Below are positions 1 through 6,982 of a stretch of 16,958 bases of DNA, piece after piece. Positions within the stretch are counted from its first letter, which is position 1. Each line of letters starts with the position of its first letter. The stretch comes from a virus. The stretch lies in the IMG/VR virus record IMGVR_UViG_3300006639_000058; one strand, written 5' to 3'. Both the position numbers and the translations under genes were made by a program. The notes beneath the pieces were generated by a model. It was given only the letters and a program-made list of their open reading frames with translations, made no database searches and was not told where the DNA came from.

Positions 1-100
1 CGCGCGGGGCCGCGGTAGTGCGGGCACTTGTCGCACTGCTCGGCGGTCGGCCGGAGCGGCGCGAGCTCGGGGTGCGTGCATTGCGAATGAACCAGGCGGG
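1..100. repeat. Left copy of an exact 100-bp terminal direct repeat (identical to 16859-16958)
   Basis: Base-by-base comparison of the first and last 100 nt shows identity. The repeat is bounded only by the window edges. Confidence 0.97.
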
Positions 101-110
101 TGCAGCTCAT
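1..110 (-). CDS. 5' portion (ATG at 110-108) of the wrap-around 74-aa CxxC protein gene. It continues at 16858 after circularisation.
   Basis: ATG 110-108 overlaps the TGA stop (109-107) of the upstream Cys-rich gene as ATGA. The frame runs off the left edge and continues in phase at 16858 down to the TGA at 16746-16744. Confidence 0.65.
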   Translation of the reverse strand, partial: MSCTRLVHSQCTHPELAPLRPTAEQCDKCPHYRGPA

Positions 111-1033
111 GGGATTTGCAGCGTGACGGTATGCGTGCGGGTCCACTCCTCGTAGCACAATCCCGAGCCGGGGCCCGGACTATTCACGTCGCCGCAGGGG
201 CAAGAGAACGTCGGCGCGTATGGCGGCGTAGCCGCGTAGCAGATGTGGCCATCGATGCAGCAGAACTCGCTGCACGTCTTCGCGTACTGACTCGACTCGT
301 AATTCGGCACGACGTTGATGGGCGTACCGAAGCCGCCGACGCATACCCATCCGTATGGGTTCTGCGCGCCCTTGCACACGTCGGTCGAATTGAACACGGT
401 TCCGATCGTGGGCCACCGCAGGCCGCGCGTGTCGAAACTGTGGATGTCGAGACACTCGAGCTCGGCGATAAACACGCCCTCGAGGATCAGGTTTAGCGTG
501 TACGGAGGCGGCGGCGAGCCGTAAATCGGGACGCATATCGCCGACACGCTTTCGGTGACGGTGACGGTGGCGACGACCTCGAACTCGAGTAGCAAATGCT
601 CGTCGACGACGGGCGTCCCGAATTGCTCCGCGCATGGGTCGCCACATCGGATACGGATTGAGTCGGTCGTCACGTTCCCAGTTCCGACCATGGTCACGCC
701 CAGGCACGGTTGCGGCGGGTCTTTGCAGGTATGCGGGCACCCCGGATCGGTGCCGTCGAGGGTCGCGGTCGGCTGGTCGTTCGACCGGCTGAACGACCAC
801 GTGCCGTTCCCCGCGCCGCCGATCGCGGATAGCCGGCAGAGCACGGCATCGAAGGCGAGCCGTGCGTTCGTCACCGTCAGCGTCTCGGTCACCTCGGTGT
901 AGACGTCGGCGTCCTTGTATTGCTTGCGCGTCTGCGTGATCGTGAACGACACGCGGACGATACCCGGCGCGCATTCGCACCACTCCTCGCAGGTGACGCC
1001 GGGGCCGCAGCAGCACAGGCGGTGCGTGCTCAC
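107..1033 (-). CDS. Cysteine-rich protein of unknown function (308 aa from GTG 1033; 321 aa if GTG 1072 is used)
   Basis: The frame is open over 107-1072. The likely start is GTG 1033-1031, which forms a GTGA overlap with the upstream stop and is preceded by GGAGGGG. There are 23 Cys, including the clusters CCCGPGVTCEEWCEC (N-terminal) and CSEFCCIDGHIC...SCPCGD (C-terminal). I see no signal peptide and recognise no family. Confidence 0.7.
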   Translation of the reverse strand: MSTHRLCCCGPGVTCEEWCECAPGIVRVSFTITQTRKQYKDADVYTEVTETLTVTNARLAFDAVLCRLSAIGGAGNGTWSFSRSNDQPTATLDGTDPGCPHTCKDPPQPCLGVTMVGTGNVTTDSIRIRCGDPCAEQFGTPVVDEHLLLEFEVVATVTVTESVSAICVPIYGSPPPPYTLNLILEGVFIAELECLDIHSFDTRGLRWPTIGTVFNSTDVCKGAQNPYGWVCVGGFGTPINVVPNYESSQYAKTCSEFCCIDGHICYAATPPYAPTFSCPCGDVNSPGPGSGLCYEEWTRTHTVTLQIP

Positions 1034-1335
1034 GGCCCCTCCGCGACATACGACGGCGGGACGAGGTACCACCCCTCGGGAATCTCGATGCGGTTCTCAG
1101 ACAGCGTCCACGTCCCGTCGATCCGGTGGTACACGCGCAGGCGGCTCGAGGGGCCGACCCGCATCGGGCTCTCCTCCGGCACGAACACCGTTCGGCTCGC
1201 GCATCCACTCGCGCAGGCGAGAACCAGCGCGAGCCAGGCGATCACGGTCGGGATCGGCGTCTCGAGCAGTCGATACGCCGCGGCGCTCGAGGTAGCCCAA
1301 CAGCGCGAGCACGATCGCGACGAGGGCACGATCAA
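1030..1335 (-). CDS. Putative lipoprotein, o-spanin-like by position (101 aa)
   Basis: TTG start at 1335-1333 (TTGA overlap with the upstream stop), or GTG at 1329. A hydrophobic stretch IPTVIAWLALVLA is followed by a lipobox-like VLAC/ASGC. The mature part is short and Pro-containing. The gene follows a holin-like gene. Confidence 0.5.
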   Translation of the reverse strand: MIVPSSRSCSRCWATSSAAAYRLLETPIPTVIAWLALVLACASGCASRTVFVPEESPMRVGPSSRLRVYHRIDGTWTLSENRIEIPEGWYLVPPSYVAEGP

Positions 1336-1514
1336 ACACTCGACCCCTTCGAGTCCTTCGCGAAGATGAGGCCCACGCCGGCAATCACGGCCGCGGCGGT
1401 GGTGCCCCAGTCGGCGACGGTCGCCGGGTCGGAGTCGAACATGGCGGTGAGCAGCGACCCCACGGCGGTGAGGATGGCGGCGATGCCCAGGACGGTCGTA
1501 TTACGGTCTTTCAC
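1332..1514 (-). CDS. Holin-like small membrane protein with two TM helices (60 aa)
   Basis: GTG start with GAGAGG about 8 nt upstream. Two hydrophobic helices (VLGIAAILTAVGSLLTAMF and AAAVIAGVGLIFA) and a charged C-terminus KDSKGSSV. Confidence 0.55.
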   Translation of the reverse strand: MKDRNTTVLGIAAILTAVGSLLTAMFDSDPATVADWGTTAAAVIAGVGLIFAKDSKGSSV

Positions 1515-1680
1515 GGTGGTGCCTCTCGAGCTCGGAGATTCGGTGTTCGAAATTGGCCATGCTCGCGCGGAGCTCGGCGAGCATGACCTCCACGCGGTTG
1601 ATCTTGCCGACGACGATCATGGTCGTCGAAACGACGGCGGCGATGATCCCGATGGCGGCGGCGAGAACGTCGACGGTCAT
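1501..1680 (-). CDS. Small protein with an N-terminal TM helix and an amphipathic/coiled-coil tail (59 aa); holin/antiholin or mini i-spanin-like
   Basis: ATG at 1680-1678. TM helix LAAAIGIIAAVVSTTMIVVG is followed by EVMLAELRASMANFEHRISELERHH. The gene overlaps the next gene by 14 nt. Confidence 0.5.
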   Translation of the reverse strand: MTVDVLAAAIGIIAAVVSTTMIVVGKINRVEVMLAELRASMANFEHRISELERHHRERP

Positions 1681-1684
1681 GGCG

Positions 1685-1972
1685 TCACCAGGTGGCGAAC
1701 GCGGTGACGTTCGTCGCCGTGCCGGCGGCGTTCGAACGGAACCACATGCGTGCAGGATTGCCGCGGACCGTGATCGGTCCGGGCGCCGCGAACGCAATGT
1801 ACGGAACGCCGTTAGCCGCGTCGGTTGCATTGGCAGCGTTGAAGATGCAGTTCGTGGTGCCCGTGAAACAGATCGTCACGTCAACGACGCCGCCGCCCCA
1901 GCCAGAGTCGAGCTGCTTGAAGGTGCTGCCTGAAAAGTTCGTGGTCATGTACGGCAGTTCTTTGCTTGGCAT
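1685..1972 (-). CDS. Hypothetical beta-rich protein (95 aa)
   Basis: ATG 1972 is preceded by a strong AGGAGGA 5 nt upstream. The composition is rich in Gly, Thr, Asn and Ala. I recognise no family. Confidence 0.6.
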   Translation of the reverse strand: MPSKELPYMTTNFSGSTFKQLDSGWGGGVVDVTICFTGTTNCIFNAANATDAANGVPYIAFAAPGPITVRGNPARMWFRSNAAGTATNVTAFATW

Positions 1973-1981
1973 TTGATCCTC

Positions 1982-2485
1982 CTACGCAATCTTGATCGCG
2001 ACGATGTTGGTGCAGTACGGGGCGCTCTGCGACGGCGTCGCAGCGCGGATTTGGGTGACGCTGCCACCGACGGTGGTGGCGGCCTCGAGGGAGATGTTCG
2101 TCGTGGCGGACAGCTGCACGATCGTGGTGAGGTTGACGGACAGCGCCGCCGTCGCGCGCGTGATCGCGCTCGCGGCCGAGCCGTAGACGGTGCCGAGCAG
2201 GGGCTCGGCGATGCGGATGTCGACGGTCGGCGTGCCGCTGGTCGAATAGGCGACGACGTTGCCGGACACAAGCCAATTGCCGGCGCCCAGGCTGATCGTC
2301 TTGACGGTGTACCACGTCGTGGCGTTCGCGAGCGTGATGTTGGACGCGATCACGTCGGCGGTGTAGGTGAGCGGCCAGCTGTCGATATCGACGATGAGCG
2401 CCGGCGCCGTCTCGATGGTCAGAGACTGCACCGTGGGGGTCACGGTGAGAGACTGCACGGTCGGCGAGACGGTCAGGTCGGGCAT
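1982..2485 (-). CDS. Putative tail fibre / receptor-binding protein (167 aa)
   Basis: ATG 2485 lies in a TAATG junction. The N-terminus carries a tandem peptide repeat (LTVSPTVQSLTVTPTVQSLT). The C-terminal half is rich in beta strands. The gene sits at the distal end of the tail module. Confidence 0.5.
   Translation of the reverse strand: MPDLTVSPTVQSLTVTPTVQSLTIETAPALIVDIDSWPLTYTADVIASNITLANATTWYTVKTISLGAGNWLVSGNVVAYSTSGTPTVDIRIAEPLLGTVYGSAASAITRATAALSVNLTTIVQLSATTNISLEAATTVGGSVTQIRAATPSQSAPYCTNIVAIKIA
2417..2470. repeat. Two tandem 27-bp units (21/27 identical), with a partial third, inside the fibre-like gene
   Basis: ggtcagagactgcaccgtgggggtcac (2417-2443) and ggtgagagactgcacggtcggcgagac (2444-2470). 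They encode the repeated TV(S/T)PTVQSL peptide. Confidence 0.8.
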
Positions 2486-2832
2486 TACCTGGTCACCTCC
2501 GGCGTGACGTAGAACGACCCCTCGAGGATGCGCGTCACGATGCCCGTGCTCGTCTCCTGGTACTCGATGTCATACACGCCGGCCATCGGCGCCGAGATCG
2601 CGGCGGTGGCGGTCGCCGAGATCACCGGGATGATGTGCGAATGCCCGGATCCGCTGTGCGTGAGCGTGATGCCGCTCGCGTTCGTCAGCGAGAACACGGT
2701 GCTGGTCGCGGCGTGCGAGGTGCGGCCCTGCATACGGACGGTGTATCCGGTGGTGAGGTTGATTCCCTGCACCTCGAGATCGAACGTAAACGTGGCGCCC
2801 TGCTCGATCGTGATGTCGTATCTCGCGGCCAT
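2485..2832 (-). CDS. Small beta-sandwich-like virion (minor tail) protein (115 aa)
   Basis: ATG 2832 lies in a TAATG junction. The pattern YDITIEQGATFTF ... GVYDIE ... RILEGSFYVTPEVT resembles, from my recollection only, a domain recurrent in phage minor tail proteins. Confidence 0.5.
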   Translation of the reverse strand: MAARYDITIEQGATFTFDLEVQGINLTTGYTVRMQGRTSHAATSTVFSLTNASGITLTHSGSGHSHIIPVISATATAAISAPMAGVYDIEYQETSTGIVTRILEGSFYVTPEVTR

Positions 2833-3257
2833 TAGGTGCACGCTCCATCGATTGCCTGGGTGTTGATGATGAGCCAAATGAGCGTACCCTCGGTGTTCCG
2901 GTACGGAACGACCCAAACGGGCGTGCCCACGGGAATCTGCTTCGGCTCAAATCCCGCCGGCAGGCCGGACGGGTTGACGCCGAACGACGCGTTCGTGGCG
3001 CTGTTGCCGAGCTCCGAGATCGAGATCGCGTAGTCGGACGTCGGGTAGGTCTTGACGGTCGGCTCGTAGTTCGGCGCGTCACCGATGTCAATCGAGTCGA
3101 ACGCGTAGCGCCACCGCCAGTCGCCCGCTGCGGTGCCGAGGGCGGTCGCCGCGGTGATCTTGACGAGCAGGCCGTGCAGGGGCACGTTCGGGTCGGGCGC
3201 GCGGGATGCGCGGTCGATGCCGCGCTCGCGGCGGTAGGCGGTGTCGGCGCCCCTCAA
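2832..3257 (-). CDS. Hypothetical tail-module protein (about 141 aa; start uncertain)
   Basis: The frame is open over 2832-3440. The best start is TTG 3257-3255 (TTGA overlap with the upstream stop, AAGGGGA 9 nt upstream). An alternative GTG lies further in. Confidence 0.5.
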   Translation of the reverse strand: MRGADTAYRRERGIDRASRAPDPNVPLHGLLVKITAATALGTAAGDWRWRYAFDSIDIGDAPNYEPTVKTYPTSDYAISISELGNSATNASFGVNPSGLPAGFEPKQIPVGTPVWVVPYRNTEGTLIWLIINTQAIDGACT

Positions 3258-4189
3258 AACCAAATCCCCTTGTAGCACTGCCACTTCTGGGATTCGCCGA
3301 GGGCGCCGGCCGGGAAGATGTCGTTGAAGTCGACCGCGCCGCGGACCTCGCGGACCCACCGGACGTCCTCGTAGTTCACGTCGTTCATCTTCGGTCGGCC
3401 GTCCGTGCCGAGCGCCGCCTCCTGCGAATGGAAGTACCACTCATCGGACGTGATGTCGAGCACGACCTCGTAGTACTCGTGCTCGAGGTGGTTCACGGAC
3501 ACGCCCTCGCATAGCAGCTGTCCGGTGGTGAATCCGAGGAACTCCTCGGTATTCCGCTTTCCGGAGTACTGCACGACGATTGCGGCGACGTCCTTCAGGT
3601 TCAGGCTCTCGACGTCGACGACGAGCCGCAGCTTCATCGCGACCTGCTTCACGTCGACGTCGACGTTCTTGATCGTGCCGCCGATGTGGGCCGCCGAGCG
3701 GTTGCCGGTGTCGGGCGGGTTCGCGGTGTAGTCGTCGTGCAGGAGGCGCGTGGACCGCGTGCGGATGACGGGGATCACGGACGCCGGCAGGATCAGGCCG
3801 AGCGGAAGCGTCGTCGCCGATGCCATGTTCTCGACGGTCGGTCCGAGCGCCTTCGCGGAATCGGTTTGGAAGTAGCGCGTCGAGAACTCGGCGGTGACTT
3901 CCATGCCGCGGCCGTTCGGGCGGAACGACAGGCGCCGGCACAGCGCCGATTCCATCCAGCTGGTCCCGGTGCCTCCCGTCACGAACCAGGCCGATCCGAT
4001 CTCGGGGATGACGGGACCTCCGGTCGTGCTGTCGGTGAGGATGAGCTCCGCCTCGTTCGGGGCCATCTCGGCGTCGTCGTTCCGCTCGACTTGGTAGACG
4101 TCCACGATCGTGTGGATGTCCCAAATCTCGCCGAAATTCGTGGTCACGCTCTTTCGGAACGAGGTGTAGTCGGTGCTCGAGCGGCTCAT
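3254..4189 (-). CDS. Hypothetical tail protein, distal-tail/baseplate-like by position (311 aa)
   Basis: ATG 4189 lies in an ATGA junction with GAGGGAG upstream. The composition looks globular. The gene lies directly after the tape-measure-like gene. Confidence 0.65.
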   Translation of the reverse strand: MSRSSTDYTSFRKSVTTNFGEIWDIHTIVDVYQVERNDDAEMAPNEAELILTDSTTGGPVIPEIGSAWFVTGGTGTSWMESALCRRLSFRPNGRGMEVTAEFSTRYFQTDSAKALGPTVENMASATTLPLGLILPASVIPVIRTRSTRLLHDDYTANPPDTGNRSAAHIGGTIKNVDVDVKQVAMKLRLVVDVESLNLKDVAAIVVQYSGKRNTEEFLGFTTGQLLCEGVSVNHLEHEYYEVVLDITSDEWYFHSQEAALGTDGRPKMNDVNYEDVRWVREVRGAVDFNDIFPAGALGESQKWQCYKGIWF

Positions 4190-4875
4190 GTGTTCTGCTC
4201 CCTCTGCTGCCGTGCGCGCTTCTCGTTCTCGATCGCCGCGCGGTCGATCTGCTCCTGCGTCAGATACGACTGCGCGCCGGCGGTCGAGCGGGCGGTGGCG
4301 ATGTCGGCGCCGAGGATCACCTCGTCGCCCGTCTTGCCGGCGAGCACGCCGCCCAGGGCGGCGACGAGCCACTTGCCGTTCTCGTTGATCGACCCCGCCC
4401 AGTCCTGGAAGAACCCGAGCACGCCGCCGACCTGGCCGCCCTCGGACATCGAGCCGGCGGTGAACGCGGCACCCCATCCGGTGTTCGCCGACTCGGCGAT
4501 CGCGGCGCGCTCGGCGCCCTGCGCGAGAATGCCCGCCTGCGCGGCGTTGATTCCCGTCGCCCGGATGTCGGCGCCCGTCTTGAACGCCTTCAGCGCCGAC
4601 TCGCCCGCTTTCACGGCGTCGGTGAACTGGGACACGATCGCGCCGGCGGCGGTGAAGGGCGCCGCGGCCGCGAGGGCGATGCCCGCGCCGCCGATCGCCA
4701 TCGAGCCGGCGCCGCCGCCGAGGGAGCCCAGGGCGCCGAACCGCCCGAAAGGCCCGCCGGCGAGGGCGAGCCCCTTGGCGCCGATCGACTGCACCTGCTT
4801 CTGGGCCTCGGCGATGCCCTTCTGCATCGTCTTGGCGTTCACGGCGACGTCGATGTTGAGCGTGGGAAGCTTCAT
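4186..4875 (-). CDS. Short Gly/Ala-rich tape-measure-like protein (229 aa)
   Basis: ATG 4875 lies in an ATGA junction with GGAGGAG 6 nt upstream. Hydrophobic Gly/Ala stretches (GGAGSMAIGGAGIALAAAAPFTAAGAIV) are flanked by helical charged regions. The position is downstream of the tail tube and chaperone genes. Confidence 0.45.
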   Translation of the reverse strand: MKLPTLNIDVAVNAKTMQKGIAEAQKQVQSIGAKGLALAGGPFGRFGALGSLGGGAGSMAIGGAGIALAAAAPFTAAGAIVSQFTDAVKAGESALKAFKTGADIRATGINAAQAGILAQGAERAAIAESANTGWGAAFTAGSMSEGGQVGGVLGFFQDWAGSINENGKWLVAALGGVLAGKTGDEVILGADIATARSTAGAQSYLTQEQIDRAAIENEKRARQQREQNT

Positions 4876-5450
4876 GTGAACTCCTCCACCCGGCGGAGCC
4901 GCGTGGTCTTTATCGACTCGTTGCGCGCGTCGACGGCGACGTTGATCGCGTTCGCGACGTAGCCGCGGAAGAGCGGTCCGAGCGCCGCGTGCGTGAGCTC
5001 GGATGCGTGCGTCCCGCGCAGGTATTGGCCGCGGCCGCGGTGGTACAGGCCGCGCTTCCACCCCTTGCCGCGCGCGAGCGGCGGTCGCCGCAGCGACTTC
5101 GACCACGAATGGGTGCCCAGTTCCGTGAAGTGCGAGCGCCATCCGGTGCCGGCCGCGTCGTAGGACGCGCGCAGCTTGCGGCCGCCGAGCCCCTTCGTGT
5201 CTGCCTTCCCGGTGCGGTATGCCACGGAGCCCCAGGCGGTGCCCTTGAAGTTCTTCATCTTGGCGCGCGCGTCGCGCGGCGGAAGCTTGTCGGCGTTGCG
5301 CGCGCGGATCGCGGCGAGCTCCTTCTTGAGGAACGGCCGGATGGCGTCCTTGACGATGCGATCCTGTATCGCGAGCGGGAACTGCTCGAGCGCCTTCACG
5401 ACGGCGCGAGTGTTCTCAGGTCGGACGGTTGCTGAGAATCCTGAGCTCAT
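4872..5450 (-). CDS. HK97-gp10-like head-tail/neck family protein candidate (192 aa)
   Basis: ATG 5450. The N-terminal part AVVKALEQFPLAIQDRIVKDAIRPFLKKELAAIRA and the later WRSHFTELGT resemble the gp10-family pattern (helical N-terminus, then y-a-x-f-v-E-f-G-T). The protein is very basic. Confidence 0.45.
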   Translation of the reverse strand: MSSGFSATVRPENTRAVVKALEQFPLAIQDRIVKDAIRPFLKKELAAIRARNADKLPPRDARAKMKNFKGTAWGSVAYRTGKADTKGLGGRKLRASYDAAGTGWRSHFTELGTHSWSKSLRRPPLARGKGWKRGLYHRGRGQYLRGTHASELTHAALGPLFRGYVANAINVAVDARNESIKTTRLRRVEEFT

Positions 5451-5579
5451 CGAGGCGCTTCCGTATCTTCGACCAGTCGGGCAAGTCGAGCTCCACGGCG
5501 AGCTCGACGATCGAACGCTCCCACGGCGCTGCATTCCGGCCTTTCAGGATCCGCGCGAGCAGCGCGCGCGAATCCCGTC
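5416..5579 (-). CDS. Start-less ORF in the -1 frame relative to the chaperone gene; probable gpGT-like frameshift extension (about 54 codons)
   Basis: Between 5579 and about 5500 the frame has no ATG, GTG or TTG. Third-position G+C is about 81 percent by my count (44/54), which is coding-like. The frame is open upstream to 5724, overlapping the chaperone ORF. Without this ORF there would be a 129-bp gap in an otherwise gap-free operon. Confidence 0.4.
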
Positions 5580-5864
5580 CTAGTCCCGCCCTTCGTTGTA
5601 CAGCCTCTCGATCGCGACGACGAGCGGCGCCGCGACGTGGGCCGGACACCTGCCGGCGTGCTCGAGGGAATCGAAGATCGGCACGCCCGCCTCGTCGTGC
5701 GCGTGGCGGTGGAGCGTGAAGCATCGCGCCTCCACGGGACCGCGCTCGGCGGCCTGCACGGCCTCGACGAGATCGACAAGCGTCGGCCTCGAGAGCATGA
5801 CGACCATGCCGTCGACCTCGACGCGGACGGGCTTGAGCGTGAGCATGTCGCGGAGCGAGGTCAT
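5580..5864 (-). CDS. Tail assembly chaperone, gpG-like by position (94 aa)
   Basis: ATG 5864 lies in an ATGA junction with the tail tube stop. It is a small acidic protein directly downstream of the tube gene and is followed by an overlapping -1-frame ORF. Confidence 0.55.
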   Translation of the reverse strand: MTSLRDMLTLKPVRVEVDGMVVMLSRPTLVDLVEAVQAAERGPVEARCFTLHRHAHDEAGVPIFDSLEHAGRCPAHVAAPLVVAIERLYNEGRD

Positions 5865-6253
5865 CCGATCGTGTACTCGCCGGTGATGCGGAGGGTGAAC
5901 GAGGCGCGGATCGCGTCGTTCACCGCGACCTCGGGGGACCAGTTCTCGACGATGCACGTTCCGGAGATCGTGGCGCTTGTGTGGAGAAACATGCTGAAAT
6001 AGAGCGTGGCGCCACTCTTCACGGCGCCCTCGACGAGCGCCTTCACCGCATTGCCCTGGTCGTAGTAGCAGCTCCCGGTGATCGAGCCGCCGCGGATGCC
6101 GGCGATGAACGAACGGTCGAGGCCGCCGATCTCGGTGACGTCGACGAGCTCGGTGTTTAGAGACACGCTGGCGGTGGCGATGCCGAGAGCGGTGGTCGGC
6201 GATGCCGTGGCGGCGACGTACAGGACGGCGTTGTTGGTGTTGTAGACGGCCAT
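5861..6253 (-). CDS. Major tail (tube) protein, small TP901-1/lambda-V-N-like type (130 aa)
   Basis: ATG 6253. The pattern ELVDVTEIGG..RSFIAGIRGGSITGSCYYD ... ATISGTCIVENWSPEVAVNDAIRASFTLRITG is typical of tube proteins. The position relative to the neck and chaperone genes also fits. Confidence 0.7.
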   Translation of the reverse strand: MAVYNTNNAVLYVAATASPTTALGIATASVSLNTELVDVTEIGGLDRSFIAGIRGGSITGSCYYDQGNAVKALVEGAVKSGATLYFSMFLHTSATISGTCIVENWSPEVAVNDAIRASFTLRITGEYTIG

Positions 6254-6254
6254 T

Positions 6255-6650
6255 TCACGGGCTCCAGTAGATGGTGGTGTTGATCGTGGCCATCGCGGGC
6301 TCCTGCTCGTCGCCCATGCCGATCGCCGGCGGGTTGAGGGTTTCGTCGTTCACGATCACCGCGTGGATGTCGATCGTGTTGAACGTGCCCGCGAGCAATC
6401 GCGACTTCACGGTCGAGACGAGGGTGCCGGCGTCGATGGTCGTCTCGGCGACGACGGTGAACACTGCGGTCGCCGAGTAGGTGTCCGAGAGCTCGGCGGT
6501 CATCGCCGCCTGCACCTCGAACGTCACCGCCGGCAGCGCGCTTTCCTGCAGGCGGTAGCCGTGGGTCACGCGCTCGTCGGGCACGCCGGCCGCCGACAGG
6601 GTCGAGCCGGTCGTGAGCATGGTGCGGATCGCCTCCTCGATGATCGCCAT
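6255..6650 (-). CDS. Tail completion / tail terminator-like protein (DUF3168-like, 131 aa)
   Basis: ATG 6650 lies in a TGATG junction. Size, position immediately upstream of the tube gene and general pattern fit. The family call is from memory only. Confidence 0.5.
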   Translation of the reverse strand: MAIIEEAIRTMLTTGSTLSAAGVPDERVTHGYRLQESALPAVTFEVQAAMTAELSDTYSATAVFTVVAETTIDAGTLVSTVKSRLLAGTFNTIDIHAVIVNDETLNPPAIGMGDEQEPAMATINTTIYWSP

Positions 6651-6982
6651 CAGTCGATCTCCTCGGCGGCGATCACCGCGACGCGGTCGGCCTCGTCGAG
6701 ATTGAGGATCGACTGGATGCGGAAGGTTCGCCCGCGAATCTCGAGCCGGTCGACCTCCGAGAGGCCCGTGTTCTGCACGGCCTGCCACCGGGCGCGTACC
6801 TCGACGTTGCGGCGGACGACGACGCCGTCCGCGTACGGCGTCTCGGTGGCCCCGCTCTCGCGCAGGTCGGCTCGGAACGTCCCGCCGGCGGTCCAAGTGT
6901 CGACGCGCATTCCGAGGCCGTCGCGCGTCGTGCTCGGCGCCATGCGCGTCGCGGTCCATCGGAGTAGGCCGCCGGAGATCAT
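6650..6982 (-). CDS. Head closure / head-tail joining protein (SPP1 gp16-like, 110 aa)
   Basis: ATG 6982 lies in an ATGA junction. The pattern W..GGTFRADLRE.....YADGVVV...VEVRARW......SEVDRLEIRGRTFRIQSILN.DE...VAVIAAEE matches the Phage_H_T_join type. Confidence 0.7.
   Translation of the reverse strand: MISGGLLRWTATRMAPSTTRDGLGMRVDTWTAGGTFRADLRESGATETPYADGVVVRRNVEVRARWQAVQNTGLSEVDRLEIRGRTFRIQSILNLDEADRVAVIAAEEID

Noticed and set aside
180-1208. Alternative-frame minus-strand ORFs: 180-1208, 9386-10558, 11136-12269, 7494-8549, 3441-4124, 13286-13909, 2570-3091, 15076-15615 and others
   Set aside because: These are Arg/Pro-rich translations that overlap frames with clear family signatures. 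They are open only because stop codons are rare at this G+C content.
5580-5724. Canonical X XXY YYZ slippery heptamer for the chaperone frameshift
   Set aside because: I read the whole overlap in the zero frame and found none. The frameshift is therefore reported only as a hypothesis with a non-canonical site.
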